A stretch of 64,000 bases of DNA, taken from an uncultured Muribaculaceae bacterium (GTDB taxonomy: Bacteria; Bacillota_I; Bacilli_A; RF39; UBA660). Each line of letters opens with the position of its first letter. The stretch's first letter is position 1. Positions 1 to 8,188 of the stretch are shown here, one piece after another. The notes under the pieces were generated by a model that ran no database searches, was not told the origin of the DNA, and worked only from the letters and a program-made list of their open reading frames with translations. The translations under genes and the position numbers were made by a program. The stretch lies in assembly GCA_964494015.1 (NCBI GenBank), contig CAZBQC010000001.1:7551-71550 (forward strand), given 5' to 3'.

Positions 1-911
1 GAATCGATGAACCAACATTACAGATGACGATTGGTACTAATTCTAGTCCTTTTGTGGGACTGGATGGTAAGATCTTGACAGCGAGAAAGATCGAAGAGAG
101 ATTAGTCAAAGAAACCCAAAAAGATGTCAGTTTAAGAGTTGAACCATACGATAAAGAAAGTTTCTTAGTTAGTGGTCGAGGAGAGTTACATTTAGGGATT
201 CTAGTTGAAAACATGCGTCGTGAAGGTTTTGAGATCGAAATTAGTAAACCGGTTGTCATTATTAAGGAAGTTGACGGGATTAAGATGGAGCCTTATGAAG
301 AGTTACAAGTTGAAGTACCAGAAGAGACAGTCGGTAATGTCATCGAGGAGTTAGGACAGCGTGGTGCGATCATGGAAAACATGACTAATTTTGGCAATCA
401 GGCCCGAATTATTTATTCGATTTCCTCTCGTGGTTTAATTGGCTTTATGACTGATTTTATGACTCTAACTAAAGGTTATGGAATTATCAATCACAGTTTT
501 AAGGAGTATCGTCCATATCAAAATATTGTCATCGGAGAGAGGACTTTAGGAGTACTTGTTTCATCAGAAACGGGGAAGGCGACAGCTTATGGAATTGGAC
601 AGTTAGAAGATCGTGGAGTTATGTTTATCGAACCAGGAACTGATGTTTATCAAGGAATGATCGTTGGAGAGTGTAATCGTGATCATGACTTAGCTATCAA
701 TATCGTAAAAGGTAAACAGCTTACCAACATGAGAGCAGCCGGAAGTGATCATACCGTCGTATTAAAGAGACCAAGACCAATTACTCTAGAATATGCCATG
801 GAATACATCAATCACGATGAATTAATTGAAGTGACACCAAACTATATTAGATTACGAAAAAGACTCCTTAATGCTCTTGATCGCAAGAAAAATGAGATAA
901 GAAATAATTAA
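1..911 (+). CDS. typA: Translational GTPase TypA/BipA, C-terminal part. The gene is 5' partial and continues upstream of the window.
   Basis: The open frame reaches the window edge. The sequence is BipA C-terminal-like (GRGELHLGILVENMRREGFE, RPITLEYAMEYINHDELIEVTP). The stop is at 909-911. Confidence 0.85.
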   Translation, partial: IDEPTLQMTIGTNSSPFVGLDGKILTARKIEERLVKETQKDVSLRVEPYDKESFLVSGRGELHLGILVENMRREGFEIEISKPVVIIKEVDGIKMEPYEELQVEVPEETVGNVIEELGQRGAIMENMTNFGNQARIIYSISSRGLIGFMTDFMTLTKGYGIINHSFKEYRPYQNIVIGERTLGVLVSSETGKATAYGIGQLEDRGVMFIEPGTDVYQGMIVGECNRDHDLAINIVKGKQLTNMRAAGSDHTVVLKRPRPITLEYAMEYINHDELIEVTPNYIRLRKRLLNALDRKKNEIRNN

Positions 912-915
912 AAAT

Positions 916-957
916 AAGTATCAGTATAAAAAAAATACTAGTACTTATTTTTATTTT
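916..957 (+). terminator. Rho-independent terminator of typA.
   Basis: Stem AAGTATCAGTAT / ATACTAGTACTT (5+5 bp with a 2-nt internal mismatch) around an A8 loop, followed by ATTTTTATTTT. Confidence 0.55.
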
Positions 958-1006
958 GTGTTATGATATTCGTGTATAATATGTAAAAGATAGGAGACTA
1001 TTTATG
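925..1006 (+). repeat. Copy 1 of a duplicated ~80-nt upstream block: terminator-like ACTAGTACTTATT, an extended -10 promoter (TGTTATGAT / TATAAT) and an RBS.
   Basis: About 80% identical to 2150-2230. Both copies end in GGAGACTATTTATG / GGGGACTATTTATG. Confidence 0.7.
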
Positions 1007-1942
1007 AGTAAAAAGATTATTTTTTCCTTGATATTGTTTGTTGGAGTTTTTTTTGCGTTTGGTATAAGAGTTAAAGCCGTAAATTGTTTTTATCATAAAT
1101 ATGATTCAAATACAAGTGGACCAGATTCTACCATAAGCTTAAATATTAATAATTATGGTACTCAATCTGCTACTGTTACATTAATGGCTACGCCTGAAAA
1201 GATAACACCTGACTCAGCAAAATATGCTGACTTGACAAGCATCGATTTACTGACAGAAAAAAAAATAGGTTTTTATTACGAACAAGCAGCTCTTGGGGGT
1301 GATTATCAAGTTGAAGGAGATAGATTTATAACTTTTAGTGGAGATAGTTGTAAAGATGGAAAATGTTGCCCGCTGTATGTTGGATTTAATGTTCATAGTC
1401 CTAATGAAGAAGGTCAAGAGTATAATCCAAATATTTTTATTGTTGGTGATAATATTATTACTAGGGTAGAAGGAAGTTTCTTACCGACAGGTAATACCAT
1501 ACTTCCCGTTAAAGAAAATTGGAAAACATCTGGTGTCAGCTCAAAATCAGAAATCCCAACGATATTTACGCCACAATATATTTATGGAACATACATTGTA
1601 GATGAGGAAAAAACGGAAGATAAAATTGATAAATATGAAGGTCTTATTGGAACAGATGTTGAAAATACTTGTGAAGGTATTTTAGGTAAAGATTTCGTTG
1701 ATTTTATGAATAACTATATATTTTTGCCTCTAAAAATCATTGTACCGATATTGTTCTTGATATTTACAATTTTAGATTTTTCCAAAGCTGTTTTTGCAGA
1801 AGATAAGGATGCTCTTAAACATGCCCAATCTAAACTTATTAAAAGAGCGATTACTGTAGTTTTGTTATTTTTACTTACATATGTTTTAGATCTACTGTTT
1901 GCAATAGTTACTAATGGAAGAATTACTGATTGTTTTAAGTAG
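1004..1942 (+). CDS. T4SS-associated secreted surface protein, paralog A. It has a signal peptide, a variable ectodomain and a conserved C-terminal two-helix membrane hairpin.
   Basis: N-terminal signal peptide MSKKIIFSLILFVGVFFAFGIRVKA. The last ~100 aa (ENTCEGILG...TNGRITDCFK) are conserved with 2228-3175. There are two hydrophobic helices separated by a charged loop. An RBS (AGGAG) lies 8 nt upstream. Confidence 0.5.
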   Translation: MSKKIIFSLILFVGVFFAFGIRVKAVNCFYHKYDSNTSGPDSTISLNINNYGTQSATVTLMATPEKITPDSAKYADLTSIDLLTEKKIGFYYEQAALGGDYQVEGDRFITFSGDSCKDGKCCPLYVGFNVHSPNEEGQEYNPNIFIVGDNIITRVEGSFLPTGNTILPVKENWKTSGVSSKSEIPTIFTPQYIYGTYIVDEEKTEDKIDKYEGLIGTDVENTCEGILGKDFVDFMNNYIFLPLKIIVPILFLIFTILDFSKAVFAEDKDALKHAQSKLIKRAITVVLLFLLTYVLDLLFAIVTNGRITDCFK

Positions 1943-2149
1943 GCTTTTTGTGATGAAAAAGGAATTTTTACTATTAATTACTAAGATACTTTTTTATTAA
2001 TATTCATTAAAAGATTTTATTGATTTTGTATTTTTAATAAAAGGATACAAGATTGCTGTTACTGTGAAAATGTTGTGATATTTATTTTTTAGATATTTTT
2101 ATTTACTTTTACATGAGCTATTACATTATATTATTGGTTATATTTTCAT

Positions 2150-2230
2150 AAAAATACACTAGTACTTATTCTTATTTTATGTTATGATATTTGTATAAAA
2201 TATATTGAAGACGATAGGGGACTATTTATG
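2150..2230 (+). repeat. Copy 2 of the duplicated upstream promoter block.
   Basis: See 925-1006. Confidence 0.7.
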
Positions 2231-3175
2231 AACAGAAAAATTATTTTTTCATTAATCTTGTTTATTGGAGTATTCTTTGTGTTTGGTGTAGAAGTTAAAG
2301 CTGCTGATGAATATAGCTGTACATATTATAAATATAATGGTGGGGATGAATCTGGAAATATAGTATATCGAGATGATAAAGAATTAACTATTGTAAACTA
2401 TAATCAAGCGGATTTAGGAGTTTACTTTAACGGTATAAAAATCTTTGGAAATCAAATCGCTAGTGGTCCCTTAAGAGGTGGAGAAGTAGCATCTTCAAAA
2501 AACGAAAACATTACATTTGCTGCTGATACTCTCGTCGTCTCGAGAGTAGCTAATAAGATAGATTTTCACGATGATGTTATTAATTTTGGATATTGTCCAA
2601 AGTATGTTGGATTTTATATTGTATATTTTCCTTTTGATACCGCGTATATTTATTTTCATATTGCTGGCAGCTCTATACCTGCTCATACTCCACCTGCTGC
2701 TAACGGTGTTTGGCTTTCTGTTATGAATTCGGGAGAGAAGTTGATTTCTGGAACCGATAATAAATCCGATCAAAATGAGAATTATTATGGGTTATACATT
2801 TCTGATGCAGCCATTAAAGAGCAGAATCCCGATTTTGTGTCTAAAACAAAAGGTATAGTTTTGGAATATTCTGGTATTATTGGAACTCCAGTTGAAAATA
2901 CTTGTGAAGGTATTTTAGGACAAGAGTTTATCAATTGGTTAGTTGATTATATATTTAATCCTTTGAAAATAATTTCTCCAATATTACTTTTAATCTTTAC
3001 GACCTTAGATTTTGCTAAAACAGTATTTGGAGAAGATCAAGAAGCTCTTAAAAAGGCTCAATCTAATTTTATAAAAAGAACTATTGCTGTTGTTTTATTG
3101 TTTTTGCTTGCATATATCTTGGATCTTGTTTTTACAATAGTTACCAACGGAAGAATTGATGTCTGTATCAAATAA
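2228..3175 (+). CDS. T4SS-associated secreted surface protein, paralog B. The ectodomain has diverged and the C-terminal hairpin is conserved.
   Basis: Signal peptide MNRKIIFSLILFIGVFFVFGVEVKA. It shares the CP(L/K)YVGF and ENTCEGILG...IVTNGRI C-terminal module with paralog A. Confidence 0.5.
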   Translation: MNRKIIFSLILFIGVFFVFGVEVKAADEYSCTYYKYNGGDESGNIVYRDDKELTIVNYNQADLGVYFNGIKIFGNQIASGPLRGGEVASSKNENITFAADTLVVSRVANKIDFHDDVINFGYCPKYVGFYIVYFPFDTAYIYFHIAGSSIPAHTPPAANGVWLSVMNSGEKLISGTDNKSDQNENYYGLYISDAAIKEQNPDFVSKTKGIVLEYSGIIGTPVENTCEGILGQEFINWLVDYIFNPLKIISPILLLIFTTLDFAKTVFGEDQEALKKAQSNFIKRTIAVVLLFLLAYILDLVFTIVTNGRIDVCIK

Positions 3176-3202
3176 AGTTTATTTCAGTTAAGGAGGTAAT
3201 TC

Positions 3203-5494
3203 ATGTTTGTATTTATATTGGCTGGAGATAGTATAGAAAACTGGATTCGTCAAATCTTTGTTAGTATTGATGTGGGAATTTTTTGGCTATTTGAACAGGT
3301 GTTAGCAAATGTTTTTGTTGTAGCTGGAGTAACTATTTTTAATGAAAAAATTATTAATGAAGTGCTAAATAGAATTTATATAATTATAGGATTATATATT
3401 ACATTTAAATTAGCTTTTTCGATTATCACTTATATTGTTTCTCCTGATAAAATGTCTGATCAGGAACAGGGGTTTGGTAAAATTATTACTAGAGTAATTA
3501 TCGCTTTATCACTTTTAGTTTTAGTTCCCTCTATTTTTGATTATGCTCGGAAAGCTCAATTTTATATTCTTCCAGTAATTCCTAGAATTATCTTGGGAAT
3601 ATCTTTTAACGCTGATGATCCTTCAAATGAAACGAATGAGATCAGTGAATCTACTATTAAACAAATTGCCCAAGCGATGTCATTAAATACTTATTTATCT
3701 GTTTTTAATTATAACACAAACTGTAATGATGCACATAATACGATTGCAGGTACTCCTGAAGCAACGGATCCAAACCAATTTTTAGTTGGCAAAATGAGTC
3801 ATATTTATGGAGCAGTCAATATTATGTGTGGTACTACTGAGGACGAATATAAATTTCAATACACCACATTTGTTGGTTTGGTTTTAGGATGCTTTTTAAC
3901 TTATATGATGTTGGGGATATCCATTGATGTGGCTATTCGAGCAATTAAGCTTGGTTTATTAGAGTTATTAGCTCCGATACCGATTATGAGTTATATTGAC
4001 CCAAAGTCTTCTAAAGATGGGGCATTTAGTAACTGGGTCAAATACTCGATATCAACCTATGTTGATTTGTTTGCCAGAATAAGTATTATATATTTAGTTA
4101 TCTTTTTCTTTGATCAATTATTCCAAGGGAATGTTCTAGGTGAATATGGTGCTCTTGTTTATATATCAATTATTGTTGGAATCTTTTTCTTTATGAAACA
4201 GTTTCCTAAGTTTATCAAAGATATCCTTGGATTAAAAGGTGAAGGACACATGTTTAGGGATGTTCTTACAGGGCGTGGCACTTTTGGATTGGCTACTGGT
4301 ACAATTGGAGGGGCTTACAAAGCTAAAAAAGAAGGTGGGTCAGCATTCCTTGGAGCTATAGGTGGTTTAGGGGGATCTACAAAAAAGTTTCTTAGTAATG
4401 CTGTGAAGGATGAAAGAGGGGGTACAGTTAGACCTGGTGCTAAAGCTGGAGAAGAAGTAGCTAAAGTTAATACCGGTTTTCGTGGAAGAATGAATAGGGC
4501 GGCTGGTGGAGCAAGAGCTAATAGATTAGGATATACACAATCACGAGTTGACGACTTGAGATCAGCTACGGAAAAGGCTAAATTGTTAGCAGATCAAGCT
4601 GGAAAAGAGTATAGTGCTGCTGTAACCTCTCGTAGACCTGCTTCCGAAGTTGATGCGGCACAAGCAAAGTATGATACGGCAAGGGAAGGTTATGAAAATA
4701 TTAATAAACGATATACACAGTTTAAGGGTGCCCGAGATAGTATGGTAAAAGAAATGCCGGCTGGAGAACAAATTGAAGCCGACAAAAAAGTAGCTCGGGG
4801 AAGATTAAAAACTGAGTATAAAGAGAACTTGGGTGCTGCTAGAAGTGAAAGAAAAGAAGTGGCTAGGGAAGCAAAAGAAGCTAGAATAGGTCTAAGAGAG
4901 AGTTATGAAAGTGAAGTGGAACCAGTTTTAAAAAGAAGAACAAAAACTGGTACTAGTGTAAAAAAAATTAATGACGCTATTAGAGATGAAAATGTAAAAC
5001 TAAGCAGAATACAAAGTGATATAGCTGATAGTCAAGGACTTCTTGATGAGTTAGAAGTCGATGGAGATCCTGCCGATGCTTCCAAAATTACTGAGTTAAG
5101 AGCTCACATTAGTGAAAAAGAATTAGAAAAATCAGATATAGAAAACGAAATAAAATTAAAACAAGAGGAGTTGCCAAGTGCAGAAAGAAAGTTTAAAAGA
5201 GCTAATCAAGATGTAAATAGAATAGAGGGGAAATATAGCGCATCTAAAAGAGGAATTAACGCTGCTGCTGCTGGAAATATAGGAGTAGCTAAGCAAAATA
5301 TTAGTGATTTAAAAGATGCTTATAGTAATGCTAAGGAATCAATTGATTCTGGTACTTATCTATTTAGTTCTTCGTCAACATCAAGTCCAGCACCAGCACC
5401 AAGTCCTGCATCAGCGCCAACAACTCCTGAGCCTTCTGCTGAAACTTCTCGATTGGATACTGTTCGACCTGGTGATGACGATGATGTCATGTGA
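3203..5494 (+). CDS. VirB6/TrbL-like polytopic membrane protein with a ~430-aa charged, disordered C-terminal extension.
   Basis: 6-7 predicted TM helices in the first ~340 aa. It sits in a T4SS gene context. The rest is K/E/A/R-rich coiled-coil-like sequence ending in a Pro/Ser-rich and acidic tip (SSPAPAPSPASAPTTPEPS...DDDDVM). RBS AGGAGG. Confidence 0.5.
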   Translation: MFVFILAGDSIENWIRQIFVSIDVGIFWLFEQVLANVFVVAGVTIFNEKIINEVLNRIYIIIGLYITFKLAFSIITYIVSPDKMSDQEQGFGKIITRVIIALSLLVLVPSIFDYARKAQFYILPVIPRIILGISFNADDPSNETNEISESTIKQIAQAMSLNTYLSVFNYNTNCNDAHNTIAGTPEATDPNQFLVGKMSHIYGAVNIMCGTTEDEYKFQYTTFVGLVLGCFLTYMMLGISIDVAIRAIKLGLLELLAPIPIMSYIDPKSSKDGAFSNWVKYSISTYVDLFARISIIYLVIFFFDQLFQGNVLGEYGALVYISIIVGIFFFMKQFPKFIKDILGLKGEGHMFRDVLTGRGTFGLATGTIGGAYKAKKEGGSAFLGAIGGLGGSTKKFLSNAVKDERGGTVRPGAKAGEEVAKVNTGFRGRMNRAAGGARANRLGYTQSRVDDLRSATEKAKLLADQAGKEYSAAVTSRRPASEVDAAQAKYDTAREGYENINKRYTQFKGARDSMVKEMPAGEQIEADKKVARGRLKTEYKENLGAARSERKEVAREAKEARIGLRESYESEVEPVLKRRTKTGTSVKKINDAIRDENVKLSRIQSDIADSQGLLDELEVDGDPADASKITELRAHISEKELEKSDIENEIKLKQEELPSAERKFKRANQDVNRIEGKYSASKRGINAAAAGNIGVAKQNISDLKDAYSNAKESIDSGTYLFSSSSTSSPAPAPSPASAPTTPEPSAETSRLDTVRPGDDDDVM

Positions 5495-5531
5495 TTTTGG
5501 TATTATGAAAATTAAAGGAGTGTGATACTTA

Positions 5532-5846
5532 ATGAATAACTATTTAATTCCAGCTAACAGCAAAAAAGGTCAATTAATTTTTGGTATCTTCAAAGGTGAT
5601 GATTTGATTATTTTTGGTGTTGGTGTTGGAGCGACATTACTAGCCTTGATAATTTTTCCTACTACCGATATAGTGACTGGAATACTTTGTCTATTACCGG
5701 CATTGGTAGCGGCACTTTTAGTATTTCCAGTTGCTAACTATCATAATGTTCGGACGGTTATCAAGGAAGTAATAAAATTTTACAGTGAGTCAAGAAGATA
5801 TATATGGAAAGGTTGGTGTTCTTCATATGAGCCAAAAAAGAAGTAA
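5532..5846 (+). CDS. Small two-TM membrane protein, VirB3/PrgI/TcpE-like.
   Basis: 104 aa with two hydrophobic helices. It lies immediately upstream of VirB4, as in Tn916 orf17/orf16. Confidence 0.45.
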   Translation: MNNYLIPANSKKGQLIFGIFKGDDLIIFGVGVGATLLALIIFPTTDIVTGILCLLPALVAALLVFPVANYHNVRTVIKEVIKFYSESRRYIWKGWCSSYEPKKK

Positions 5847-6378
5847 TTCTAGGTATACCGAAGATTGGATTCCAATCAAAGGTATTAGTGATGGTTCGAT
5901 TTTACTACCTAATAATTATCGAGTTACAGGTGTCAAAATCACTCCTCGAAATATCTTTATTATGGATGATTTGGAGCAAGAAAATGTTATGACGGCTCTA
6001 AAGAATTTCTATAATATGCTTAATTTTGAATTTTGGCTTATTGTGGCAGATCGTCCAGTTGACATATCGGTCTATTTATCCCAGTTGCAACTTTTATACA
6101 ACGATGCCTCTAATCAAGCCATTCGTAAATTAATTAATCAGGATATTAATAAAGCTAATATGTTTATTAATAATAATGTTGTCGATACGGAATATTACTT
6201 ATTATTTAGAGATAAAGATCCGGAGATTATTCAGAAGAAAGTTCGTTTGTTAATTAATGGGCTTGGAAGTTGTGGGCTTAATGCCAGTAAGACAACTGAT
6301 GATGATCTGAGAATAATTCTAGATAATTTCTTAAATGGTGGGGTTAGGACAGAATTTGGAACGGTGGTGCCACTATGA
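5785..6378 (+). CDS. VirB4-family conjugal transfer ATPase, N-terminal segment (separate ORF).
   Basis: The sequence DWIPIKGISDGSILLPNNYRVTGVKITP resembles the N-terminus of Gram-positive VirB4/TraE proteins. Its TGA stop overlaps the ATG of the next ORF (ATGA). The start is uncertain: GTG at 5785 or ATG at 5827. Confidence 0.5.
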   Translation: MSQEDIYGKVGVLHMSQKRSNSRYTEDWIPIKGISDGSILLPNNYRVTGVKITPRNIFIMDDLEQENVMTALKNFYNMLNFEFWLIVADRPVDISVYLSQLQLLYNDASNQAIRKLINQDINKANMFINNNVVDTEYYLLFRDKDPEIIQKKVRLLINGLGSCGLNASKTTDDDLRIILDNFLNGGVRTEFGTVVPL

Positions 6379-8159
6379 GTTTAAAATCAGAAATAGCTCC
6401 TAAAGGATTAGAATGGATGCCTAGTGAGTTTAGAATTAGTGATAAGTATGCCACTTTTTTAACAGTTGTATCTTATCCTAAATTCATTAATCCTGGTTAT
6501 CTATCAAATCTTACTAGTACACCAGGAATTAAGATTGTTATTAAACATATACCTGTACCTTTTTCAACGATTCAAAAGATGCTTAATAAACAAATTGCTG
6601 ATTTAAGGGTTCGCTATAACGAAGAAAAAGACAGGACGATGCAGGAGAGAATTAGACTTGATGCTGAAAGTTTGGAATACTTTGTAACGATGTTAGCTTC
6701 GAGTCAGTCTTTAATCTTTGATTTTCAATTACATATTATGGTTACGGCTGATACTAAAGATGAATTAGAATTAAAGAAAACCAATGTTAAGAATTACTTA
6801 GATGCTATGGAGTTGCGTGCTGTAACTCTTCGTTTTCAGCAAGAAACAATTTTTAAATCGGTTTTACCGATTTTCCCAAAACAGGCTATTGAAGAACGTA
6901 TCGGAACTCCTATTCCTTCAGTGACTGTCGCAGCCATGTATCCGTTTATTTTTGATAGCATTAAGGATCCTGGTTTATCAATTCTTTTTGGAGTAGACTT
7001 TTCTGGTGGTGTTATTCTCTTTAATCAGTTTTTATTTAAGATTCGTAAAGAGACCAATCGAAATAATGCCAATATGGTTATTTTAGGTACTTCAGGTAGT
7101 GGTAAATCTACTGCTGCTAAACTTTTATTGCGTGGTCATATTCGAAATGGTTGTCAAATTGTAGCGATCGACCCCGAAAATGAACTTGAAGAAATGACGA
7201 CGCTTTATGGTGGAGATGTAGTCGATATTGGCAAAGGTGGAGAGTTTGGAATGGTTAATCCTCTTCAAGCCATTATGGATGCCGATGAAGAAGAAGTGGC
7301 CAGTGGTCTTGGATATACTGTTTTAACTAGAACCTTACAATTTTTGAAAGCCTTTATGCGTTATTATTCACCGGATATTCAGGATGATGTTTTAACTCTT
7401 TTCAGTGAAGTTGTTCAAGATACTTATCAGAGATTTGAAATAAATTTTGATACTGATTTTTCAGATTATGAACCGGAAGATTTTCCAACTTTCAGCGATG
7501 TTTATGCTACCATTAAGGGAAGATTGACGTCGATGACCGATGCGACTCATGAACGAGATGTCATGGAACGACTTGAATTAAAAGTACGTCCATTTACTAA
7601 AGAATTAAGATATTACTTTGATGGACCGACAACTATACCATCGGATTCAGACTTTATTGTCTTCAATATTAAAGAGATAATGAATGCTGATACTAATATT
7701 AGAAATGCTTTATTCTTTAATATTTTAAAATATGCTTGGGGACTTTGCTTAGATCAGTCAGTTGATACAGTGTTAATGGTTGATGAAGCCCATGTCCTAT
7801 TAAGTGGCAACAATATTTTAGGAGCCGACTTTTTAGGTCAGGTTCAAAGACGTGCCAGAAAGTATAACACGGGAACGATTATTATTACACAACAACCTAG
7901 TGATTTCTCTGATCCTAATATTATCACTCAAGGTAAGGCTATTTTTGATAATGCCGCCTATTATTTAGTCATGGGACTAAAGAAACAGGCAGTTGAAGAT
8001 TTGTCATTGCTTATTGACTTAAACGATAATGAGAGAGAGAGTATTAAGAGATATTCACAAGGACAAGCCCTGTTTGTCTGTGGTAACCGTAGGATGCAAA
8101 TAGATGTTGTCGTTACTCAAGAAGAATTAGAATCATTCGGTAGTGGCGGAGGATTATAA
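6375..8159 (+). CDS. VirB4-family conjugal transfer ATPase (TraE/PrgJ/TcpF-like), main body.
   Basis: Walker A ILGTSGSGKSTAAK and Walker B LMVDEAH. VirB4-like length and context. Confidence 0.75.
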   Translation: MSLKSEIAPKGLEWMPSEFRISDKYATFLTVVSYPKFINPGYLSNLTSTPGIKIVIKHIPVPFSTIQKMLNKQIADLRVRYNEEKDRTMQERIRLDAESLEYFVTMLASSQSLIFDFQLHIMVTADTKDELELKKTNVKNYLDAMELRAVTLRFQQETIFKSVLPIFPKQAIEERIGTPIPSVTVAAMYPFIFDSIKDPGLSILFGVDFSGGVILFNQFLFKIRKETNRNNANMVILGTSGSGKSTAAKLLLRGHIRNGCQIVAIDPENELEEMTTLYGGDVVDIGKGGEFGMVNPLQAIMDADEEEVASGLGYTVLTRTLQFLKAFMRYYSPDIQDDVLTLFSEVVQDTYQRFEINFDTDFSDYEPEDFPTFSDVYATIKGRLTSMTDATHERDVMERLELKVRPFTKELRYYFDGPTTIPSDSDFIVFNIKEIMNADTNIRNALFFNILKYAWGLCLDQSVDTVLMVDEAHVLLSGNNILGADFLGQVQRRARKYNTGTIIITQQPSDFSDPNIITQGKAIFDNAAYYLVMGLKKQAVEDLSLLIDLNDNERESIKRYSQGQALFVCGNRRMQIDVVVTQEELESFGSGGGL

Positions 8160-8188
8160 AAACAATTAATAGTAGGAGGTGACTTGGA

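Noticed and set aside
1943-2149. The 200-nt AT-rich spacer between the two surface-protein paralogs, as a possible sRNA or extra gene.
   Set aside because: It has no ORF with an RBS, no stable hairpins and no promoter-terminator pair. It looks like divergent filler from the duplication.
2495-2773. Short ORFs lie antisense to or nested within larger genes. The coordinates are 2495-2773(-), 4586-4771(-), 5316-5525(+), 8295-8480(+), 12214-12435(-), 12911-13120(-), 17644-17835(-), 24845-25261(-), 28000-28251(-), 28049-28258(+), 28989-29234(-), 29556-29795(-), 34098-34292(-), 35292-35540(-), 37513-37791(-), 38292-38501(+), 40151-40375(-), 40904-41089(+), 44852-45082(-), 46381-46578(-), 53690-53926(-), 56265-56453(+), 58882-59064(+) and 62229-62498(-).
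   Set aside because: All lie inside well-supported longer CDSs, have no RBS, and have the low-complexity composition typical of AT-rich antisense frames.
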